Positions 57,829-64,000 of a stretch of 64,000 nt of DNA are shown piece by piece (the stretch's first letter is position 1; each line of letters begins with the position of its first letter). Origin of the DNA: Candidatus Poribacteria bacterium (GTDB lineage: Bacteria; Poribacteria; WGA-4E; WGA-3G). The translations under genes were made by a program, and so were the position numbers. The notes beneath the pieces are model-generated. The model had not been told where the DNA came from and made no database searches. It saw only the letters and a list, made by a program, of their open reading frames with translations. The stretch lies in the NCBI GenBank assembly GCA_965242965.1, contig OZ251518.1, forward strand, positions 2,784,001 to 2,848,000, read 5' to 3'.

Positions 57829-58614
57829 TTATCCCGCGGTATATCCACCATCAATGGGCAAGGCGATGCCTGTTACAAAGGCGGATTCGTCGGAGGCGAG
57901 GTAGAGTGCGCCGTAGGCAATTTCCTCTGGTTTGCCGAGTCGCCGCATCGGATGCTTATCGGCGAGTTTTTGATACTCCTCAGGCGTTTTGACGACACCG
58001 GCAACTAACGGCGTTTCAACGAAACCGGGACAGATGCAGTTGACGCGGATGTTGTCTTTGGCGTAGTCAAGTGCCATCCCGCGGGTGAGGTTGGTGACTC
58101 CGCCTTTGGAGGCGACATACGCTGCGCGGACATCCGCACCGACAATCCCATAGATAGAGGACATGTTGATGATAGAGCCGCCGCCGTTTTTCTGCATTTC
58201 GGGAATTGCGGCTTTGGCGCAGAGATACACCCCGGTCAGGTTGACTGCCAAGCAGCGGTGCCAGTCTGCTTCTGGCAGTTCGGCGACAGGCAGACGCATG
58301 GCGATGCCGGCGTTGTTGAACAGGATGTCCAATTTGCCGTAGGTGCGGACGGTTTCCTGAACGAGCCATTCGGTATCGCGTGCTATTGTGACATCGGTTG
58401 GGATGTAAATGGCTTCGCCGGCGGCGTTGCGGATGTCCTCGGCAGTCTGGTTGCCGCCATTCCTGTCGATGTCGGCGACAACGATGCTTGCGCCGTGTTG
58501 GGCGAAGAGGATGGCGGTGGATTTTCCGATGCCGGATGCTGCGCCGGTGATGATGGCGATTTTGTCCTGGAGACGTGGGCGGTTGGAAACCGCGCCGACC
58601 GGAGTGTATTGCAT
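57829..58614 (-). CDS. SDR family oxidoreductase
   Basis: TGAASGIG, NNAG, YVASK, PIDGG. Confidence 0.92.
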   Translation of the reverse strand: MQYTPVGAVSNRPRLQDKIAIITGAASGIGKSTAILFAQHGASIVVADIDRNGGNQTAEDIRNAAGEAIYIPTDVTIARDTEWLVQETVRTYGKLDILFNNAGIAMRLPVAELPEADWHRCLAVNLTGVYLCAKAAIPEMQKNGGGSIINMSSIYGIVGADVRAAYVASKGGVTNLTRGMALDYAKDNIRVNCICPGFVETPLVAGVVKTPEEYQKLADKHPMRRLGKPEEIAYGALYLASDESAFVTGIALPIDGGYTAG

Positions 58615-58615
58615 C

Positions 58616-59524
58616 TTACGTTTTTTCCTGCCATGCGGCGGGGTTGACTTCCGGTTCGCCGATGCGGTTTCTGAGGATGCCGATGTTTTCGATTTCTAGT
58701 TCGATCACGTCGCCGGGTTGAATCCACCTGTCAAGTTCCCAGCCGCAGCCTTTGCCGACGGTGCCGGAGCCGAGGAAATCGCCGGGATAGAGTGTCTCGG
58801 ACTGGGAAACGAAGGAGATCATCTCCTCAAAAGTGTAATACATATCGGAGGTATTTCCATCTGCCCAGACTTCGCCGTTGACTCTGGCAATCATGCGGAG
58901 ATTGTACGGGTTGCCGATGTCATCAGGGGTGACGAGGCACGGCCCCATGATGTTGCTATTGTCAAAATCTTTGCCTTTGGCGGGGCCGAGGGCAAGCGTC
59001 ATGTGGCGGAATTGGATGTCACGCGCGCTGATGTCGTTATAGATGGTGTAGCCGGCGATGTAGTCGGCTGCATCGGCAACGGGGATGTTTTTTCCGATTT
59101 TGCCGATGTAGACACCCCATTCCAACTCAAAATCGAGTTTTTCGGTGTAGTTAGGCCAGGTGACGACTGCCTCATGTCCGGCGATGGAGGCGGGACTGGT
59201 GCTGCCGCGGTAATAGTTGGGCAGCTTGAACCATTCGGGAGAGATTTCCTTGCCGGTGATGCGTGCGGCGGCATCCATGTGTGTTTTGAATACGCCGAAA
59301 TCGCGCAGGCTTGCGGGTTGCGGGAAGGGGGCAAGTAACTGAACTTCGGCAACGGGGATTTGGTTCGTCGCGTCCTGAAGAGCGCGTTTACTGATGTCGG
59401 CGATGCGATTTTGGGCGAAGCATTCCTGCATGCTAGCGGGTTCAAGCGACACGATGGTGTCGCCATTAATCCACGCGCCGAGGCGGGGATTTGTATTGGG
59501 GGTTTTGAAGGTAACGAGTTTCAT
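58616..59524 (-). CDS. Fumarylacetoacetate hydrolase family protein
   Basis: DFELE, YNDISARDIQ, KGKDF, GPCLVTPD, PGDFLGSGT. Confidence 0.92.
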   Translation of the reverse strand: MKLVTFKTPNTNPRLGAWINGDTIVSLEPASMQECFAQNRIADISKRALQDATNQIPVAEVQLLAPFPQPASLRDFGVFKTHMDAAARITGKEISPEWFKLPNYYRGSTSPASIAGHEAVVTWPNYTEKLDFELEWGVYIGKIGKNIPVADAADYIAGYTIYNDISARDIQFRHMTLALGPAKGKDFDNSNIMGPCLVTPDDIGNPYNLRMIARVNGEVWADGNTSDMYYTFEEMISFVSQSETLYPGDFLGSGTVGKGCGWELDRWIQPGDVIELEIENIGILRNRIGEPEVNPAAWQEKT

Positions 59525-59539
59525 TTTTTGTTGTTCCTA

Positions 59540-59770
59540 TCTGAAATCCGGCACGGCGAGGGACAGGCCCTCGCCCTACGATGGAATATGTGTTGATTTT
59601 ATACCACAGCGGGACAGCCCTCACCCTACGGGGAATCTGAAATCTGGCACGGCGAGGGACAGGCCCTCGCCCTACGATGGTATGTGCATTAATTTTATAC
59701 CACAAGTGTGTTTAAAAGTCAACACGGAGCAGGATTTTCAAGATTTTCAAGATTTGCAGGATTAGGGGCA
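59540..59770. repeat. REP-like hairpins plus a 9-bp-unit array
   Basis: Two TCTGAAATC(C/T)GGCACGGCGAGGGACAGGCCCTCGCCCTACG; GAGCAGGATTTTCAAGATTTTCAAGATTTGCAGGATTAGGG at ~59727. Confidence 0.8.
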
Positions 59771-59815
59771 CTGGCTCGCTGAAAGTTGCTTGTTGCTCCT
59801 GCCACGCCTGTTTTT

Positions 59816-60748
59816 TTATTTTGTTAAGGAGAGGAACACCTCTTCCAACGTCATCTCCACGGTGCGCATTTCTAGCAACTGCCACCTGCGTCCGACAATC
59901 GTCTCGGCAACGGCTGCACGGATGTCTGTCTCAATAGCGGATTGAATATGGAACGTCTCCGCGTCAACTTGCTCAGCGGCAATTACGTCGGGAATATCTG
60001 TCAAGGTTGCCAAAATTTCATCGGCTGCGGCACCGGCTATTTCAAGCCGAACCATTTTTTTAGTGGTGTCGTCTCCTTCTCGTGCAACGGCGCGGCCATT
60101 GAATAAAGGCACATCGCCGGTGATTTGTCCTCTGCTGATGATGAGGAGCCGTTGGCACGTTAGACTGGCCTCGGAGAGGATGTGCGTGCTGAAAAGGATT
60201 GTCCGTTCGGTGCCGAGTGACTTAATCAACTGGCGGATTTCGACGATTTGCCTCGGGTCCAACCCAGAAGTGGGTTCATCGAGGATTAAGACATCGGGAT
60301 TGTGGATGAGTGCCTGCGCCAAGCCGACGCGCTGCCGATACCCACGGGAGAGCTGCCCGATAATCTGATGCCGACGTTCTGTTAATCCGCACGCCTCCAC
60401 GGTGCTATCCAACTGCTTCTTTCGCTGCGGCGATGGGACACCGCGAATCTTCGCCATGTAGGTGAGATATTTGGATACCGTCATTTCGGGATAGAGGGGA
60501 ACGTTCTCGGGCAAATACCCGATGCGTTTGCGCACCTCGCGTGACTGCTTGAAAACGTCGTAGCCTGCGATGGTGACGTGCCCACTGCTCGCTGGCATGA
60601 AGCAGGTGAGGATGCGCATCGTCGTCGTCTTCCCCGCGCCGTTCGGGCCGAGGAATCCGACGACTTGTCCCTTATCAACACGAAAGGAGATGTCTTTGAG
60701 TGCCTGAAAAAGCCCGTAGTTTTTACAGAGGGATTGGACTTCTATCAT
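59816..60748 (-). CDS. ABC-2 type transporter ATP-binding protein (GldA-like)
   Basis: GPNGAGKTT, LSRGYRQR, ILDEPTSGLD, STH. Confidence 0.92.
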   Translation of the reverse strand: MIEVQSLCKNYGLFQALKDISFRVDKGQVVGFLGPNGAGKTTTMRILTCFMPASSGHVTIAGYDVFKQSREVRKRIGYLPENVPLYPEMTVSKYLTYMAKIRGVPSPQRKKQLDSTVEACGLTERRHQIIGQLSRGYRQRVGLAQALIHNPDVLILDEPTSGLDPRQIVEIRQLIKSLGTERTILFSTHILSEASLTCQRLLIISRGQITGDVPLFNGRAVAREGDDTTKKMVRLEIAGAAADEILATLTDIPDVIAAEQVDAETFHIQSAIETDIRAAVAETIVGRRWQLLEMRTVEMTLEEVFLSLTK

Positions 60749-60849
60749 TTTTTGTTGTTCCTAGCGGTTGTTCGGGTGCGTCTGGGTAGAGGGGCCTTGT
60801 CTTGTCAGGCCGTCTTGACGTTGTCAAGACTTGCAATCTCTCGCTAAAA

Positions 60850-61002
60850 CAACCCCCTCGCCCTACGGGAATCTGAAATCCGGCACGGCGAGGGACAGGC
60901 CCTCGCCCCACGGAAATTTGAAATCCGGCACGGCGAGGGACAGGCCCTCGCCCTACGAGAATTTGAAATCCATCACGGCGAGGGACAGGCCCTCGCCCTA
61001 CG
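60850..61002. repeat. 45-bp tandem repeat of a REP hairpin (about 3.3 copies)
   Basis: CTCGCCC recurs at 60857, 60902, 60947 and 60992. Confidence 0.85.
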
Positions 61003-61038
61003 TTCCATTTTGCCAAACCGTGCGTGCCGGCATTCGTT

Positions 61039-61926
61039 CTATCCACGAAGAACGCTAAACTCCTGGTCCCGCGGGCGGCCAGAGAGATACATATTGTTAT
61101 CCGGGTTCGCCGCTTCAGAGCCGGCGAACGAGTCCGGCAGTTCAATTTGCTCGGTGCGGCCCTCAAATTTATCGGAGGAGACATGGATTTGCCGATACGT
61201 CATCGGGTAACAGATGGGCCCTGCACTGACGATGCAGAGAAGGCCTTGTTCCCGGAAGATGCGGTTGAGATGGAGATGGCCACAGAAACATGCCAAGACG
61301 TTGCGTGCAAACGGTGCGATGACTTCCAGCACCTCGGCGGAATTGGCGATTCTTGAACCGAGCCCCTGAAACTCAACACTCGGCAATAGGAGTTGGTGCG
61401 AGAATATGAAAATCTCTTCACCTTTGTCCGAGGCACATTTCAGTTCGGATTCTAGCCATGTGAGTTGCTCCGTGCCGATGTAGCCGTGTGTCAAGTCTTC
61501 CGGCACCTCCTGCGCGTCCAGCAGGATAAACCGAATCTGCTCATGGACAAAACTATGATACGTCCTGTCGTTGATACCGAACAGCGCGCAATAGGAGGCC
61601 TTCGATCCGGTTTCGGGATCCAAGTCGTGGTTACCGGGGATGTAGTAGCAGGGTGCATTGAACTGTTCGCCGAACCGTTTTGCGCGATGCAGCGCGTATT
61701 CATAGTCGTCCGCGCTCATGTCAAAACTTTTGCCGCCGCAGACGATGTCGCCGCCGTGAATCACAAACGCCGGATCGAAGGCGTTCAGTTGTTCTACCAA
61801 TTTTTTATAGAGTTCCGGACTCTCTTTCTGTCTTTGCAACCCGCTGGCGAAGTTTTTCGGGGCATTCAGATAGAGATGTGTGTCGGTAATAAAAGCGAAT
61901 TTAAAAAGTGTCATTCCTTGTCTCAT
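61039..61926 (-). CDS. Calcineurin-like metallophosphoesterase
   Basis: DTH, GGD, GNHD, SH, GHLH. Confidence 0.9.
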   Translation of the reverse strand: MRQGMTLFKFAFITDTHLYLNAPKNFASGLQRQKESPELYKKLVEQLNAFDPAFVIHGGDIVCGGKSFDMSADDYEYALHRAKRFGEQFNAPCYYIPGNHDLDPETGSKASYCALFGINDRTYHSFVHEQIRFILLDAQEVPEDLTHGYIGTEQLTWLESELKCASDKGEEIFIFSHQLLLPSVEFQGLGSRIANSAEVLEVIAPFARNVLACFCGHLHLNRIFREQGLLCIVSAGPICYPMTYRQIHVSSDKFEGRTEQIELPDSFAGSEAANPDNNMYLSGRPRDQEFSVLRG

Positions 61927-61984
61927 TTCTGGGGAGCTGCGTCAAAATACCCAGGTCTGCCGTTTGAGATTCCCTGACTCAAAC

Positions 61985-62012
61985 CGCGCGGCATCAAGCG
62001 ATGCCGCGCTAC
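61985..62012. repeat. Single REP-like hairpin
   Basis: GCGCGGCATC-AAGC-GATGCCGCGC followed by TAC (GTAG on the minus strand). Confidence 0.6.
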
Positions 62013-62032
62013 GAGAGTAGGCTCGCGCAGCC

Positions 62033-62770
62033 TCACCCCAATTTTTTTAGAATTACGATGTAGACAGGTGAGTCGCCATCAAGATAGCGTTCAACTGTCC
62101 AGCCGGTGCCGTGGAGAATCTCTGCCATCTCTGATTTGGAGACGAACAGATAGTCAAACCACGGTGTCGCATACTGCCGATAACGCACGCGGATGCGAAT
62201 CTGGCCGCCCATCCGGCCCCGCTCTCGGTTCCACTGATGATAGGCGAGATGGCTCGCATCCGCTGTCGCATACGGATCTCGTGTTTCTGCGATGATTGTC
62301 CCCGTAGCCGGTGTCAATGAACCGAATCGCTTCAACAGCCATCGGGCCCGTTTGAAGGTGCCGCAGAGCCCGAAATTGCTCCCCATCAGGAGAAGCGTGT
62401 CAAACACGCCCAGGGCGGCACTGACCCGGGTAATCGGCAGCACCTCTGCCTGCTGTAGGCCGCGCCGCCGGCAGAGGTGGATAGCCAAAGGTGAATTGTC
62501 AATGCCTAGCACCTCGTGGCCGCGTGTCTGAAGATAGAGGGCATGCCGCCCTGCACCACTGCCGATATCCAATACACGGCCGGTGGCAGATGCCAACGCG
62601 CGCTGCTGGTGCGCCGGCCAGTCCGGATATTCTGCAAAATAGATTTGCGGATGCACGGGACTGGCCGTGATGAATCCATCCTCGCGCTCAACGATTTCCA
62701 GTGCGTCTGTCTTACCGTCGTAATAGTCGGCGATGAGGTGGCCGTAGGCATCTTGGTTCTCGGTTAGCAC
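62033..62770 (-). CDS. Class I SAM-dependent methyltransferase
   Basis: RVLDIGSGAGRHALYL, GIDNSP, FDTLLLMG. Confidence 0.9.
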   Translation of the reverse strand: MLTENQDAYGHLIADYYDGKTDALEIVEREDGFITASPVHPQIYFAEYPDWPAHQQRALASATGRVLDIGSGAGRHALYLQTRGHEVLGIDNSPLAIHLCRRRGLQQAEVLPITRVSAALGVFDTLLLMGSNFGLCGTFKRARWLLKRFGSLTPATGTIIAETRDPYATADASHLAYHQWNRERGRMGGQIRIRVRYRQYATPWFDYLFVSKSEMAEILHGTGWTVERYLDGDSPVYIVILKKLG

Positions 62771-62779
62771 AGTTTGCTC

Positions 62780-63439
62780 CTAGCACGCGATTTGCTTCGC
62801 GACGATAAACTTCAGCAGTTGCACAATTTCCTCTGCCCCCCAGATGCAGCTGTAGGCAGGCCCGAATTCAACGGCGAAGGTTGGTTTGTCGCTCTCCATA
62901 TCGCCGACGATGCCGCGGACGAATGCCCATGTCTCATTGACTGTGTAGCATCCGAAGATTTCCTGTTCGGTAGTGGCATCTCGTTCGGCGTTAATCCGCG
63001 CGGCGGCGAGCATCTCGCCGTAGAGTTGATAGAGCGGATCTGGGGCGTTCAGCCCGCGCTTCGCCTCATGCACAATGAGATAAGGCGGACGAATTCTTCC
63101 ACCGGTAGCAGGCGCAAGGGCCCCATCTACCTCTCCTTCCAAAGCGAACGTGGAATAAGCGGCTTTCAGTGAAACGCCGCTCCACGCTTGGACACGTCCT
63201 TGTTCCGCGAGCATCAATATCGGATAAATCGCGCGGGCCCAGAGCGTGGCCTCGTTCATTACAACGATGTGGCGGTGACGCAAGACAGATTTGATCTCCT
63301 CAAGCCGGCGGCGTTCATCGTCGGTGAGAGACATTTGTCTATTCTGCCACTCCTCCAAAGTCCCGTCTTCTTCGTCAAGCGTGACGAGTTGATGAATGAC
63401 CTTTTCTGTGAGTTGTGAGAAGGTATACGTGCACATCAC
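62780..63439 (-). CDS. Hypothetical protein with a PD-(D/E)xK nuclease-like fold
   Basis: NEATL, GEVDG...VHEAKRG, QLYGEM; GGAGG RBS. Confidence 0.6.
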   Translation of the reverse strand: MMCTYTFSQLTEKVIHQLVTLDEEDGTLEEWQNRQMSLTDDERRRLEEIKSVLRHRHIVVMNEATLWARAIYPILMLAEQGRVQAWSGVSLKAAYSTFALEGEVDGALAPATGGRIRPPYLIVHEAKRGLNAPDPLYQLYGEMLAAARINAERDATTEQEIFGCYTVNETWAFVRGIVGDMESDKPTFAVEFGPAYSCIWGAEEIVQLLKFIVAKQIAC

Positions 63440-63543
63440 TCAAAACCTCCGTTATCCCTAAAATCTTGGATTTTGAACCCGCCCGAACTGAAAAAATGGC
63501 GAGCTCAGGTGATTCCACACTACGAGGGGAGGTTCGCGCAGCC

Positions 63544-64000
63544 TCACCCCAATTTTTTCAAAATTGCGATGTAACCCGACGAGCCACTGTCAAGATAGCG
63601 TTCAACTGTCCAGCCGGTGCCGTGGAGAATCTCTGCCATCTCCGATTTGGAGACGCACAAATAGTCAAACCACGGTGTCGCATACTGCCGGTAGCGCACG
63701 CGGATGCGGATCTGGCCGCCCATTCGGCCCCGCTCCCGGTTCCACTGATGATAGGCGAGATGGCTCGCATCTACTGTGGGATACGGATCCCGTGTTTCTG
63801 CGATAATTGTCCCCGTAGCCGGTGTCAATGAACCAAATCGCTTTAACAACCATCGGGCCCGTTTGAAGTTGCCGCAGAGTCCGAAATTGCTCCCCATCAG
63901 CAGAAGCGTGTCAAACAAACCGAGGGCACTACTGACCCGGGTAATCGGCAGCACCGCTGCCTGCTGGAGGCCGCGCCGCCGGCAGAGGTGGATAGCCAAC
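63544..64000 (-). CDS. Class I SAM-dependent methyltransferase, near-identical paralog of 62033-62770; 5' end outside the window
   Basis: The translation aligns without gaps to the C-terminal 151 aa of the 62033 gene. Confidence 0.85.
   Translation of the reverse strand, partial: LAIHLCRRRGLQQAAVLPITRVSSALGLFDTLLLMGSNFGLCGNFKRARWLLKRFGSLTPATGTIIAETRDPYPTVDASHLAYHQWNRERGRMGGQIRIRVRYRQYATPWFDYLCVSKSEMAEILHGTGWTVERYLDSGSSGYIAILKKLG

Noticed and set aside
59816-60748. ABC ATPase without an adjacent permease
   Set aside because: Split ABC-2 loci are common; the partners probably lie elsewhere
60850-61002. Regular 45-bp repeats, and other hairpin arrays, as a CRISPR array
   Set aside because: The spacers are near-identical rather than unique, the units match dispersed REPs in both orientations, and no cas genes are present
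62033-64000. Diversity-generating retroelement TR/VR pair
   Set aside because: Mismatches are not adenine-specific, the repeat is gene-length, and no reverse transcriptase is visible
1-64000. tRNA, rRNA, transposase, integrase or prophage genes
   Set aside because: No recognisable signatures by eye; tRNAscan-SE and Infernal would be needed to exclude small RNAs

Overview
A 64-kb GC-rich bacterial chromosomal segment. Its gene content most resembles the sponge symbiont Candidatus Poribacteria (inference, not verified): internalin-like LRR proteins with dockerin and FlgD-Ig tails, LamG/CBM9 proteins with a C-terminal W-G-R-x-K motif, and three PhyH dioxygenases. Housekeeping genes are ftsH-folP-acpS, yigZ, mqnD, dinG and htrA. 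Accessory genes include many secreted proteins, a PorV-like protein, a beta/gamma-crystallin gene upstream of a repeat-expanded flotillin, two c-type cytochrome fusions, and three restriction-modification genes. Each R-M gene is split by a single-base frameshift, two of them inside poly-G tracts (possible phase variation). Most longer intergenic regions hold mosaic arrays of GTAG-anchored REP-like hairpins, often bracketed by a GAGGGTGTTTCAT inverted repeat. Some hairpins sit in-frame inside proteins or supply stop codons. I saw no rRNA, tRNA, CRISPR array or transposase.
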